Shown here one piece after another: positions 23,181 to 35,990 of a stretch of DNA of 64,000 bases. Position 1 is the first letter of the stretch; each line of letters opens with the position of its first letter. The DNA comes from Gekko japonicus (Eukaryota). A program made the translations under genes and the position numbers. The notes below the pieces were generated by a model. That model saw only the letters and a program-made list of their open reading frames with translations, did not search any database and was not told the origin of the DNA. Location: contig NW_015163753.1 in assembly GCF_001447785.1 (NCBI RefSeq), positions 1-64,000 of the forward strand, given 5' to 3'.

Positions 23181-24152
23181 CTACTTGAATGAATTAGAAC
23201 CAACTAATATGAACTGAAGCAGTCCTTTTTTGAGGGATTCCTTTACCTCTCTGTTTCTGAGGCTGTAAATGAGGGGATTGACCATGGGGGTCAAGATTGT
23301 GTAGCAAAGAGAGAAGACTTTGTTCAGATCGTCCAGTGTGCTGCTGTGTGGGAGTTGATAGACAATGATTATGCTGCCATAAAAAATGGTGACTACAATG
23401 AGATGAGAAGAACATGTGGAGAAGGCCTTCTGCCTCCCCGTGGTGGATGGGATTCTTAAGATAGTAAGTATGATGCAAACATAGGAGGACAAGGTTAGCA
23501 GAAAGGGAGGAAGGGTGAATGAAAAGGATAGGAGGAAAGTGAGCAAAGCTATTATATAAGGGTCGCTACACAGGAGATTGAGCAAAGGGATAAAATCACA
23601 AAAGAAATGGTCTATTTCATTGGGGCCACAGAAGGCAGACTTCACAAACAAAACAGTTATTAGGACACTTCCCAGGAGCCCACTCACCCAAGACCCAAAT
23701 GCAAGAAAGAGACACATTTTGTTATTCATAAGAGTTTTATAATGCAACGGTCTACATATGGCTAAATACCGATCATAGGACATCACGGACAGAAGGCAAC
23801 ACTCTGCACCAATCAGAAAGCCAAAGAAGAAGAACTGGGTGAGGCAGCTATTGAAAGAAATCTTATTTTCTTGAGTGAGGGAAATGGCAAGCATCTTGGG
23901 CAGTGTATTTGACACATACCAAACCTCCACACAGGACAGATTCACCAGAAAGAAGTACATGGGAGTGTGAAGGCGCTTATCAGAGAGAACTACTACAATA
24001 ATGAGGAGATTTCCAAGCATGGCAGCACTGTAAATCAGTAGGAAGGCCAGGAAAAGAAGGATACGCAGCTCAGGATGATAGCCAAATCCCAGAAGATGGA
24101 ATTCAGTGACCACTGTTGTATTTCTCCAACTGGTGTCCATCACTGTTTCCAT
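23181..24152 (-). CDS. Olfactory receptor, class II, OR11/OR6-like (323 aa)
   Basis: LHTPMYFFLVNLS, MSYDRYLAICRPLHY, KAFSTCSSHL, PLIYSLRN; NTT glycosylation site. Confidence 0.97.
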   Translation of the reverse strand: METVMDTSWRNTTVVTEFHLLGFGYHPELRILLFLAFLLIYSAAMLGNLLIIVVVLSDKRLHTPMYFFLVNLSCVEVWYVSNTLPKMLAISLTQENKISFNSCLTQFFFFGFLIGAECCLLSVMSYDRYLAICRPLHYKTLMNNKMCLFLAFGSWVSGLLGSVLITVLFVKSAFCGPNEIDHFFCDFIPLLNLLCSDPYIIALLTFLLSFSFTLPPFLLTLSSYVCIILTILRIPSTTGRQKAFSTCSSHLIVVTIFYGSIIIVYQLPHSSTLDDLNKVFSLCYTILTPMVNPLIYSLRNREVKESLKKGLLQFILVGSNSFK

Positions 24153-24751
24153 CCACAGAACATAGGGAATTACTTAGATTATTCTATTACAAATATTTTC
24201 ACTGTTGTGATCACAGAAGGAAATCAGAAACAGAAATTTCATGTCCCCACATATCTTTCTGAACACAGTGCTTCCCTGGTGGATCAGATCTTGCATTTAG
24301 TTGCAAACAAGCAAGTGTTCTTCAATCAGGTAATGAGAAATCAGTGTCATACATGGATTCTTGAACCATAGCCTCCGAACCTGCCACATTTGTGAAATAT
24401 CTGGGCTAAGTAAAGGACAAGTGTTGATCCCGATTTGGCTAGCTCAGACCAGAAAACCACATTATTCAGGGGCATTCTTTCATGATTACTGTGATTCGGT
24501 TTGAGAGGTGACGTTTCTTGGTGCTCAAGATGAAAATGCAGCCATCATTTTCTGGACCAAAACAAAACAAAAATCCAGTAGTGACATTAAAATCAATGCT
24601 TGCTTTTCATATAAAGGATGTAAAATGACTTATAATGTATAAATTTAAATAAAGAATCCATATAAGTTCAAATGGCTTATAATGGTGCAAAAAGTTAACA
24701 AAATGGGGAAACAAGCACATTAAATTGCCACACCAAAAACACCTAAAATGG

Positions 24752-24888
24752 AGGGCAGCCATGTTGGTCTGAAGCAACAGAACAAAGGTGGGGTTTAGTG
24801 GCACCTTTAAGACCAAAAAAGGTTTATTCAAAGTGTGAGCTTTCGTGAATAAAAATTTGTTGTTCTTAAAGATGCCACTGGGATCTAA
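24752..24888. mobile_element. Penelope-like element remnant (inverted tails)
   Basis: agtggcacctttaagaccaa...tttattc...gctttcg / gaataaa...ttcttaaagatgccact fold-back; the same tail starts again at 63965-64000. Confidence 0.5.
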
Positions 24889-24989
24889 ATTAAAATGGAT
24901 GTATTACAAAAAACTAAAACTAAAACAAAAAATGTCATATGTAGTTTATCTTTAAACTCCAGTTCTTTTTTCCCCTCAGTGAATATTGT

Positions 24990-25180
24990 GAGTGTGTGTC
25001 TGTCTGGAAGTCATGGTTGACTTCTGGCAGCCCCTAGTGGGGCTTGGATGTTTCAGAAAGGTGGCTTGCTGTTGTCTGCCTCTGCATCCCAGCACTGGTA
25101 TTCATATGGGTTTTCATGTACTTGCCAGGGTCGGCCCTGCTTAGCTTCCGAGATCAGATGAGATTGGGCTTGCCTGGGCT
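24990..25180 (-). mobile_element. 5S rRNA-derived SINE
   Basis: ccctgcttagcttccgagatcagatgagattgggc is the reverse complement of a 5S rRNA segment, joined to a non-5S tail. Confidence 0.7.
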
Positions 25181-28069
25181 CAAGCTCCAATTCTTAGTAA
25201 TTAAAATAAGTTGAAATGCCTTCAATTTTATATAAGGGATCTTATATGGGATCTGGGACACCCAGATTGACATTCCCACTGTGCCATGGAAGCTTGCTGG
25301 TTGACCATGTGGCACTCTCACAGGGCCTAACCTGCTTCACAAATCTTTGTAAGAATTAAGAGATGTTTATAATTACCACAGCCATTTTCTCTTCCTGTTT
25401 TCCCTTATTCATCAAGCCAGTATATTTTTGATAAATATTCCCATGGTAAATTAGTGATAGATTTGTTTGTTTGTTTTCTTTTTTGGTCAATCTGATGAGC
25501 AAAATTTCTGATCTGGGTTATGAATGCAGTTTTACTGGGGAATCAGCAAAGGATGAAATAGCTTACACAGCTTCCCCCAGTTTGGAAGCATTGACTGATA
25601 CTGGGATCCCTACATGGCTGTTCTGTAGGTCCCAATAGCACATCCGGAGTACCAATTATGGAGCTCCACTGTTATGTATAGCTTGGCTTTCCAGTCCTTA
25701 ATATTAGCTAAATGTACTCTTCTGATTATAACCACTGTTCTGTGTGAACCCCTCCTCCCTTTCTACAGGCAGAAGAATAGATTAAATACCATCCTAAAAT
25801 GATATCCAGCACAAGGTAGATCCTAAAATGATATCCAGCACAAGCAGCAGCATCTCAAAACATTCAAATGTAACTAAGCAAAATTTCAGCTCTTCATTGT
25901 TGCTTAATTGAATTCTACTTTACAAATGGCTGGAATCTCTCTCTCTCTCTCTGTTCACATGAGGGAGGGAGGGAGAATGGGACAGAATAAAAATTATTAT
26001 GTCAGTTCTCTATGGTCTTCCAGCCATACATTTTAAATAGATGTGTGTTCCACAGCCTTAAGCAGAGTTATACCCTTATAAGCCCATAGATCTCAATGAA
26101 CTTAGAAAGGTATAATAAGTCAGTCCTTAGTGATAACTAGTTCTCACATTTCAAAAAAAGTATAATGGAAGAATTGCAGTTTCCTTGGGTATAGGGAAAA
26201 AAAACACTATGCAAAGAGCTTGCCAAATATAATATCCAATCTATTTTTATATAATAGTTGCTTATTTTTGTTATACACACACACACACTTTTATATTAAG
26301 GAGTCACCATGTAACTATTGGACAATAACAGTAATGCATCACACCATACAAAAAGCCAAGCAAAATAGTTAAAAGTCCAAATTCAAGATGAATACATAGA
26401 ACAATGTGCCCTCCACTTCTAACTTCAGCTTTCAGCTACTTGGTCAACAGGAATGGGTGCCCAGTTGCTCCTGGTTTTAGAGAAGCCTTATTAAAGCTGA
26501 AAACTCTTCACATGCACAAATCCTCATAAGGCACAATATGTTGGCAATTGTTACCTGAGTATCTTCATAGAACATATAAAGCCATTAAAATATTGCCATA
26601 GGACACAGTCCTCAATATTATGAACTCTGTCGGCAATACATATTGTTGCAATCATTATATAAAAAGAGGTTGGATAATATATTTGGCAAGCTGTTTGCAC
26701 AGTGGGGGGGGGTTTCTGCTTTTTTTCTGTGATCATTACACTGTGTAGCCTTTTTGTAGTGTTTAACGTTTCCTGGGTGTGGCTAGCGGTCTAATCTCAA
26801 GAATACTTTCCAGGTTAGTAAACTCCATTGAATAGACCTGACTGGGATTCTGAGCAGTCCAGTTTATGATTGCTCCCTAACTCACCTACGACATGGAAAA
26901 AATATTTACAGTCCTGCACCAAGTTTGGCCTCAGATTCCACAGACATTTCACAAAAATGATTGTCACCAATCTACCCTGAAGCATTACTTAAATCTCCAA
27001 ATCATGGTTTAAAATGAAGCTTTAAAAACAAAAAGCTTTGAAATGTATCACAGGGAACTTACCATCACATTGTATGCCAAGCTGTCTATGAGGGTTATCA
27101 CAAGCATGGCTTCAAAGCTTCAGACAGGAACAAATTAACCTATTGTCCAATAGAGATGTCTGTATTGTGGTCTACAAAATCAGTCATGTGAAGATTACTC
27201 CTGGATCAGTGGCTTATTGGGTAAAATCTTTGTATCCCTTGAAAATAGAACTAACTCGTTTGTTCTGTTTTGATGAAACAAAACTGTAACAATTTTGTGC
27301 TGTCTTTGGGAAATGTTCTTTTGCTGACCTGAAAGTCCATCACCATCAGAGGCAGACAGAAAGAGAGCCAGGATAATGTATTCACTCAAAAGGAATTCTG
27401 TTCTGACACAGCTGAACAATATACCATTCTTCAGAACCTCAGGGACATGTTTCCAAGGTTCCACTATTATCTCACAGATGGGGCGCAACAATCCTCCAGT
27501 GTTCACGTGTGATTAAAATAAAAAAGACTTCAGCTTTGAGAGCATGTCTGGATAAAATAATATTAATAATTGGAGAATATTATTGTGTGTTGGATCCAGT
27601 CAGATTTTTCATTCGGCCTCACTCAGTTTTCCTCCTCATTTGAGTTTCCATTCCATGTAGATTTTATATATACAAGTCCATGATCCTCATGTTTCCCTTC
27701 CATGATCCCCATCAGTTCCCATTTACACCAGCAGGAAGGCCCCTTAGATACAACCCAGAGTTTCAGCAAACTTCATTCCTTATTAACACACATGTTGACT
27801 GAAGTTAACAACTACTGATGAAATGTCACAGCATCCCCCCAAAATTAAGAAATACTGATGTATTATTCAGTACTGGGGTTCAGCCCTTGCTCACCAACGC
27901 CATAGTTCACTGTGCTCATGACATTTAATAGTAGTTTGAATACTGAATGAGCAGTTCTGCCTCCTGCCAAAAGAGTTCCAGCAGTACTAGATGAAGCAAC
28001 AGCCAGATCAATCACCTTTAAATGACAAGCTGTAGGCAAAATCAGATTGTTATGCCATACTCTCCTTTC

Positions 28070-28268
28070 TCTCCCAGTTGACCTGAAGCAGCTTACATCT
28101 TCCTCCTCTATTTATTTTATTCTCATATCAACCTTGTGAGATATGTCTGGCTGACAGTGTGTGACTGGCCTGAAGTCATCCAGCAACCTTAAATGGCAGA
28201 GTGAGGATTTGAACCTTAATCTCTTTGATCCTAGCCTGATATTCTAAACTACTAAACCACACAGCTCT
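28070..28268 (-). mobile_element. Squam3/MIR-like SINE
   Basis: gcagcttacatc...accttgtgag...gtgactggcc...ggatttgaacc...actactaaaccacac. Confidence 0.65.
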
Positions 28269-30885
28269 GAGAAGTCAGGGAAATTGTTATCCAGCCTTGG
28301 TCTTTTCCCTGCTTTTCCTTTCATCTTGTTTGATCACTGCCTGGGATCACTTGGGGAGCAGCACTGCTGTACAGCTTCCTTCACTCACCCTCCACCATGG
28401 ACCCTCCAGAACGTCCACAAGATTTTGGACAATTTTGTGTTTTTAAAATGGTTTAAAAAATAAAAAATAAAAAATTATGTAAGCTGCCCTGAGCCTGCAT
28501 CAGAGGGGAGGGCAGAGTATAAATCAAATAAATAAATGAAAACAAACAAATAAATATCAATCTTTTCATTGGTTAGGTTTTGTTTAGGGTTATGATTACC
28601 GTGTGTATGTGTGTGCACACATCTGAGAGCATGTGGCTTTCTGTGTCTCTCCTGATTTTCTTGTGCTATTTCTGTTCATAAAGATTTAAACTTTGCTTCT
28701 GTCTTCTGCCTGTTTCATTTCTGGGCATCTCCTGATTCCCATAGGTGATCTCTACTCCAAATTCTGGACCTTGGAATACAGAGGCAGCTGTCTCTTAATA
28801 TTGTTTTACCCTGGAATACATGTGTATGTGCTTTTGACATTCCAGGGGGATGCTCCAAGTATTGGGGGTTATACACATGTAGGCCATTCAGATAACAGAG
28901 TGAAGCATAGTTAATTGTTTTCTACAGAAATGTGTTGTATTGTTGATTTGAATCTGAAAACAATTAAAGTCCTCTGTACATATGTCTGGGTTTTCTTATG
29001 AGAAATAGCTGACATTTAATGGGGCTTTAATGGGTCAGATGATATCCTTCCTATCTCCTGAAATTTCCCCTTAGCAGTAGTCTTAAGAGGCTGCCCTGCC
29101 TTTTTATATGAACTCTGGAATGCTAATTAATTAAGACACATGGGAGTGGGAAAAAGTAATTTTTTTTAAAAAAAATCATATTTAACCCTGAAATGCACGT
29201 GTAAATAACTGACATCTCAGCTTCTCAAAGCAATTCTTGCAACAATCCAACCACTTCATCTTAGCCTAACAGAAAGTAAAAAAGTGGAGGCCCTCACTTA
29301 CAAGTGTGTTTATAAAATAAATAAATTTGCCCGGCACCTAGACAAAAATAAGGTAAGTACTAGGGTTGTAGAACCTCCTGGTGGGAGTGGGAGATTTCCT
29401 GGAATTACCAGTGAGCTCAAGGCTACAGAGATCATCTCCCATGGAGAAAAGACCAGTGCCTGCACATGGAGCAGACACTGGCATTTGCCCACGCCCCACA
29501 TCTTCTTGGATGAAGCATGGGGAGTGAGCCAATTATGGCCCAGCATGGGAGCCCTGGCCAATCAAGGGGTGAGCCACCAGCCAGGTCTGTCAGTGGCTGC
29601 CATCCTTGCTCAGACTGGCCTGGTGCAAGCTCCCCACCTGCCCACCCTTTTTTGGACCTTGTGGGATTAGCTGGTCACCATTTTGGGGGCTGAGCAGGAA
29701 TTTTTTCGGCCTCACCCAGATGGGTCAAGGGGGGCACTTTTTCACCTGCTTCACATGGTTGGACAGGGTGAGGTATAAATAGGCCTGGTAAAGCTGGTTA
29801 GGCCCTAACTGGGAAGGCAGGAAAAGCATGGGTTGAGAGGATTTTGAGTTGGCAAGCATCCTGAGATATCAGCAATATGGGGGGTCCTCATACTGGGTGC
29901 TTATGGGCTCGGCAGTCAGGGTGACTCAGTTGGGGGCCTCTTTGGGGTGGGGGGGCATATGATAAGCCTTAAGTCCCGCATGTGCCCTTCCCTCCCATCT
30001 ATGCACTGGTATGCGGGCTGTGATAAGTAAGGTCTGGAAAGATCCCAGACCTGGCTCTGAGCCAGGGTGGGTTTGCCCTGGTAGAAGGCTTGCCTTGCAA
30101 GCCCAATGCAACCTATGCTTTAAGGTGTCGGTGCAGATCAGCTTATGCATAAATACAATTCCCAGTTTAACCCATAACTTGTGTTGTGTTTCATTCAAGG
30201 GGTGGGTGGGCAATGGCTCCTTTGGATGGCATTATACCCTGTTGATGTCCTGCTGCTCTCCAAATCCCACCCTTCCCGGGCTCCAACCCCTGATGTTCAG
30301 GAATTCCCCAACCTGAAGTTCGCAACCCCACTACATACTGAGTGAACCACAAGAAGGGGGCCATTCCAAAGTCCTCAAAATACTTGTTTCTGATTGTTGC
30401 AGCCCACCTTCCTTTTGGATGCCTAGTCACACAATTTAGGGATTGGGAGGCAGGGGTTAATTGGTGGGCTTCAGGGTATCCAGTTTTGAATTGGACAGTC
30501 CAGTATTTGCCCTTTTGTCCAGTAAATAAACAGTGAAGAAAAAAGGGGCTGCAGGAAGGCAAAACCAAGAAGAAAAAACAAAAAGGTGCAGAAGGAAATG
30601 GAATATTTGCTCCAGTGTATTTATAGGAACAGAATGAAGAAAAATCAGAATGATTCTGCCTGATGAAGCTGCATGTGAAACATGTAGGGGCTGTATAACC
30701 ATTATATATTTCATTTCCCTCGGCACCATTTTTTTCTTCTTCACTAAATAAACTAACAAAATACCGTATATATAAATGTCCAGTATTTTCTAACTAAGCA
30801 AGACTGCAACCATTGCAGCCAAGTGCCATATGTGTGCTCTTTCTTTCTTCTGCAGCTTTCTAAAGCAGTGACACCCCATCCACTA

Positions 30886-31032
30886 GATTTCACTAGAAAA
30901 ATCCTGTCTGGTAGCTGTGCTGTAGATTCAGTTTCTTTCAAACGTTGCTGTCGTTCTTCATCAAAGCCAGCAACGTTTGAAAGAAACTGAATCTACAGCA
31001 CAGCTACCAGACAGGATTTTTCTAGTGAAATC
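30886..31032. repeat. Perfect 65-bp inverted repeat with 17-nt loop
   Basis: 30886-30950 is the exact reverse complement of 30968-31032. Confidence 0.95.
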
Positions 31033-31249
31033 CTATTGGCTCAGCTGAAGAAAGCTGGAAAGGAAGACACTTTTGTGGCTAATCAATTCACTTCCCATGT
31101 TGGCTCCAGATGACTGGGGGGAGTAGATGGTGGCAGGACTGAATCTCTAAAGAAAAAAAATGAATCACATAAGGCTCCAAATTGTCTAAATTCATAAATT
31201 GTTCACCATCAAATATGCTTCTTCTTGTTAAACATACTGTTGACATACT

Positions 31250-31666
31250 CAGGGGTCATTTCATAGAAAAAGAGGTGCAGGAACTCATTAGCATAGCTCA
31301 TTAGCATAACTTATTTGCATATGCCACACCCCCTGACATCACCGGAAGTGTGTCAGAAAGCAACACCCACCACTCAGGCGCCACTGGACTCTTCTGGATT
31401 GCTAGCTTTTTTTTGGGGGGGGACGTGTGGATCTGTCCTCGCAGAGGAGGGAGAGCTTGTATCTGAATAAAACTTGGTCTTAAAGGTATTACTGGACTGT
31501 TTTGGATCGGGGGGCCAGGGGGGAGCTCTGCAGCTTACCTGGCTGCTTCTTGCTCTGACTGAGGGCTGCTGAGAGCAGGGGGTGGGGCTTGTTGCATGTG
31601 CCCGTCCCCTGGGCTCTTTACTGCCGTAGCTCTGGTCCTGTGCGCTCCTGCAGGAAATGACCCCTG
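31250..31666. mobile_element. hAT-type MITE
   Basis: TIRs caggggtcattt / aaatgacccctg; perfect 8-bp TSD gacatact. Confidence 0.9.
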
Positions 31667-31910
31667 GACATACTGTTGATTATTTAATACATGCATAAAA
31701 TACAATTGATACATAGATAGACTGGCAATTTGAAGAAAACTCTACAATCCCAGAAAAGACTTCACAATTCCTTCATGACCTGGGAATTCCCATATTGCCG
31801 CTCCTGTTGACTGTGTGACTGCCGGACAGGCTAGTGTCTGCCTCTCTCCAAGAGTCACCAATGAGAGCTGAGGGAATGTTGAGTGCGGGAGACTTGAAAA
31901 CAGGAATTGA

Positions 31911-32346
31911 TTTAAAAAAACAAAGCTGAGGGGTTAGCAGCAAAGAGGGAAGAGGGCAGTTTAAAGGCTGAGGTGAAAGGGGTCTTTGTGACTGAGGAGA
32001 ACTATATAGAAGAGCTGTTTGGAACAGACTGAAAATGGTAAATGTGTAACTAAAGGATCCCAGTCTAAGGTATAAGACCTCAGTTGAAGAGTTTAGTGGA
32101 AGTGAAACATTCTTTCTTATACTTCACTTTAAAAAAACACAGCTGAGGGGTTAGCAGCAAAGAGGGAAAAGGGCAGTTTAAAGGCTGAGGTGAAAAGGGT
32201 CTTTCTGACTGAGGAGAACTATATAGAAGAGCTGTTTGGAACAGACTGAAAATGGTAAATGTGTAACTAAAGGATCCCAGTCTAAGGTATAAGACCTCAG
32301 TTGAAGAGTTTAGTGGAAGTGAAACATTCTTTCTTATACTTCACTT
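31911..32346 (+). repeat. 217-bp tandem duplication (2 copies), possibly inside an LTR-like element
   Basis: tttaaaaaaaca(a/c)agctgaggggttagc...ttcttatacttcac occurs twice, with about 4 mismatches. Confidence 0.93.
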
Positions 32347-33441
32347 ACTTCAGTATTTTGTTTATATCATAAATAAAAGCTTTCTTGTTTGGTTAACTCT
32401 GTCTGGAGGAAAGAAGCACACACACACACGGGGTACCATTCCCCAGGTGGGGCAGCGGATCCCTTGCTTTTGCTGGCTCCTGCCTGCCACCAGCCAGCTG
32501 GCTGGTGGGAGGAAATTGCCCCCACCCTCCAACAGTGATGCCACACACCATGTGCTGACATCACCCAGAAGTTATGTCACTTCTAGTTGATGTCAGTGTG
32601 TTGCATGGCATCCCAGTCCACCCCAGAATGCTCCCAGTACCCCACGCACTGTGATGAAGGGACCTGGCAACCCTAACACATACAATTTCATATCTTGGTC
32701 TACATACATATTTTCTAAGATATGAATTGATGGTGGCAGCAAGTGATTGGGACAGTGTTTGAGCCCTAACTTCAACAGTTTTGTGTGAGTGAGGGCTGAT
32801 TACTAAGGGTGTTGGGCTATCCTATCTGTGGACGTCTCTAGGAGTGAAAGAGAGGACCTCAAGTGTAAGATGATCATAACTCTCTGTAGATTTTAAAAGA
32901 GTGGTGAGTGTGATGTCCTGACCTACTTATCAACCATAATCTAAAAAGGAGAGCGTGTAGAGGGTGGTAGGCACCATGTGTGAGTGGACAAGAGATGCCA
33001 CACTGTGTCACATAAAGCTGTTAGTATGTTTGCCATTCCCTGAGACCTTGTCTCTGTAAAAAAAGAAAAGAAAAAGGAATAGATGGTAAAAGCAGCTACT
33101 GTCCCTGAATGGTAAGAGCCAGACTTACTTATACTTTGGAAAGGAGAACAGGATCATATCCAGTTTCGATAAAGCTGGCATGCATCCTATCACTCTACAC
33201 AGCAAAAGCAGAAGTTTCCCAAAGAAACTTTCCTCCAGGTTTGGTGGCTTTTTCAATTTTAAAGACTCTTTAGGCCAAAGGGAGACTTCAAACCTTACTG
33301 AACAGAGTGGTAGGATATATGCTACTGTCTTCTAAATGAACTAGATCCTCACACTTGTTTGGACTTTGGGAAATTGTATAGCATTTAAAAATATATTATC
33401 AGCTTAACGTTATACACCACCAAACAGCCATGATAGATAAA

Positions 33442-34416
33442 CTATGTCTCATGGAAAAATATTTTTCGATTCATTGTCTTGTTCACCATCCTCTTTATTG
33501 CCCCACTGATCTCTTTGTTCCTTAAGCTGTAGATAATTGGGTTCAACATGGGAGTGATGACAGTGTACATCAAAGCCAACACTTTGTTACTGTCCTGTGA
33601 CTGAATGGATTTGGGCTTCAGGTAGACCAAGCTGCCACTCCCATAGTACAAAGTCACCACCAAGAGGTGTGAAGAGCAGGTGGAGAAGGCTTTCTGACGG
33701 CCTTCCACTGTTGTCATTTTTAGGATGCTGTAAATAATCAGAAGATAGGACACAACAATGAAGGAAAACGGTGTCAAAATAACTAGAATTGTTGCTGTAA
33801 AGAGCTGCATCTCATATGAAGAGGTGTCAATGCAAGATAGTTTAATAAGGGGTGGTATATCACAGAAGAAATAATTGATTTGATTTGATCCACAAAATGG
33901 CAGGGCAAAAACCCAAATTGTCTGAAGCAGAGAAACCAAATTGCCAAAGAACCATGACAGAACTGTTAGTGAAAGGCAAACTTTCTCATTCATGATGGTC
34001 ATGTACATCAGAGGTTTGCATATGGCTACATAACGATCATAGGCCATAGCTGCCAAGAGGAAGCATTCTGAAGCCCCTAGGAAAAGCATGAAGAACATTT
34101 GAGCAGCACAGCCAATATAGGAAATTCTCTTGTCCTCAGACAGGAAATTCACCAGCATTTTGGGGAGGGTAACTGAAGAGTAGCAGATATCCAAGAAGGA
34201 GAGGACCTTGAGAAAGAAATACATTGGTGTGTGAAGAGATGGGTCTATTAGGATCATAGTAAAAATTAGCATATTGCCCACTATTATGATTATGTAAATC
34301 AAGAGAAATACAACGAACAACAGCACCTGCAGTTCAGGATGATCGGTTAAACCCAGAAGGACAAATTCAGTCACTCCAGTAAAGTTGGTTGGCCTTGGTG
34401 AAATGATTTTCTTCAT
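33442..34416 (-). CDS. Olfactory receptor, class II, OR10-like (324 aa)
   Basis: LHTPMYFFL, MAYDRYVAICKPLMY, FCDIPP, KAFSTCSSHL, PIIYSLRN. Start placed at MKKII, directly after the acceptor gttcttccag|; clear paralog of the 11370 OR. Confidence 0.96.
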   Translation of the reverse strand: MKKIISPRPTNFTGVTEFVLLGLTDHPELQVLLFVVFLLIYIIIIVGNMLIFTMILIDPSLHTPMYFFLKVLSFLDICYSSVTLPKMLVNFLSEDKRISYIGCAAQMFFMLFLGASECFLLAAMAYDRYVAICKPLMYMTIMNEKVCLSLTVLSWFFGNLVSLLQTIWVFALPFCGSNQINYFFCDIPPLIKLSCIDTSSYEMQLFTATILVILTPFSFIVVSYLLIIYSILKMTTVEGRQKAFSTCSSHLLVVTLYYGSGSLVYLKPKSIQSQDSNKVLALMYTVITPMLNPIIYSLRNKEISGAIKRMVNKTMNRKIFFHET

Positions 34417-34611
34417 CTGGAAGAACATACCAGAAAGGGGTAGTTTTTGTTAATACTTAATTGAATGAAGAAATTATGACAGTTAATTTAACATTTGCTT
34501 TTTTTTGTTTTCTGCAGTCTAGAGACTTCTTTCTTACAATGAAAACAAACCTGAAAAAATTAAATACACTGTGAGTTTAAGGATTTAGGTGTTTGTAGCT
34601 TTCTGTGCTTT

Positions 34612-34959
34612 CCAAAGGTAAAGGTTCCCTTGCTCGAAAGCCAGTTGAATCCGACTCTAGGGTTGCGGTGCTCATCTCCGTTTCAAAGCCGAGGAGCCAG
34701 CGCTGTCCAAAGTCATTTCCGTGGTCATGTGGCCGGCATGACTAAACACCAAGGTGCACGGAACACTGTTACCTTCCCACTGAAGTGGTACCTATTTATC
34801 TACTTGCAATTTCTTGCTTTCGAACTGCTAGGTTGGCAGGAGCTGGAACTAGAGACGGGAGCTCACTCTGTCATGCGGCATACTCAGGTCTCGAACTGCT
34901 AACTACAACCTTCCACAGCCTGCAGTTCAGCGTCTTAACCACTTGAGCCACCGCAGCTC
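34612..34959 (-). mobile_element. Sauria SINE (Squam1), near full length
   Basis: aaaggtaaagg tail, tccgactctaggg...gctcatctccgtt, gtggtcatgtggccggcatgact, accttcccactgaagtggtacctatttatctact; TSD ttctgtgcttt on both sides. Confidence 0.9.
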
Positions 34960-35924
34960 TTCTGTGCTTTATATACAGCATTAATCATTTAGAGAGAATA
35001 TTGATGAGAGTCAGTTAAAGAAACAGAAGAATCAGTCTTTTTGAGACCCTGAGATCGTGAAGAGTGAATGAGGGGAAGATTTTGAGGGGTGGGAGGGATT
35101 TCCAAAACCTCTGCCCCTTTCTATGTCCCTTCACAGGTCCCCAATTTGTTACTAAATAATGATAAAGTCACTACCCCATTCCCCCATTATGATAATGAAC
35201 GCTGGGGTGGGGAGGCCACTCATAGCACAGCTAGGGCTCTTCACATATTCAAAAAAAATGCTCACAACTTTAAAAAAATGGTCAAAGGAGGGCACCCCAC
35301 GAAAAAGGCTTGATATAGACTGAGTAGATTCCAGAACATGTGTAATGTTTCAGTACTCAAAGGGGGGGGGAAGTTGTTGGATTTCGGTGGAAAATAATTT
35401 TGCCATGATTCAGACGATGCTAAAAATTTATACAGTGTCACTGTAAGCACAGTTAAACCTTCTAACTCCATTGAAGTTAATGGGCTTAGAAGGGTATAAG
35501 TCTGTTTAGGATGGAACTGGAAAGTTCCATTGCCTCTTGAAATCAATAGAATTTGTACAACTTTCACAAGTTTACAGTTTGAAATTATACCATGGAAACA
35601 GATCTAGTAGCTTTTGTTCACCTGTAGATTACAAGAATTATCTTGCCAGCATCCAAAACATAGGAACAGAAGATTATCAGAAAACAATTGTACTTGCTGC
35701 TTGCATGAGACTTTTTTGCTTTTCTAGATCAGTACAGGAAAAATCTAGCCAAAGTCAAATATTTGAAACTCCCAATGAATTTAAATGGAGATATTTAAAA
35801 AACTGCTTAACAATTAATAGAAATAAAATATATAAGTGCTTAACTTTGGTGAGATCTTGAAATAAATGTAATATCATGGAAACCTTACTGACTACATAAG
35901 TAGGTATGATGTTCTCTATCTTGA

Positions 35925-35990
35925 CAGGCAGGCAGGCAGGCAGGCAGGCAAGCATGAAGTCAGACAGACAGACAGACAAACAGACAGAAT
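35925..35990 (+). repeat. (GGCA)n/(GACA)n microsatellite
   Basis: Direct reading. Confidence 0.9.

Noticed and set aside
24990-25180. 5S rRNA gene (also 58870-59081)
   Set aside because: Diverged 5S head fused to a SINE tail; not an intact gene or tandem array
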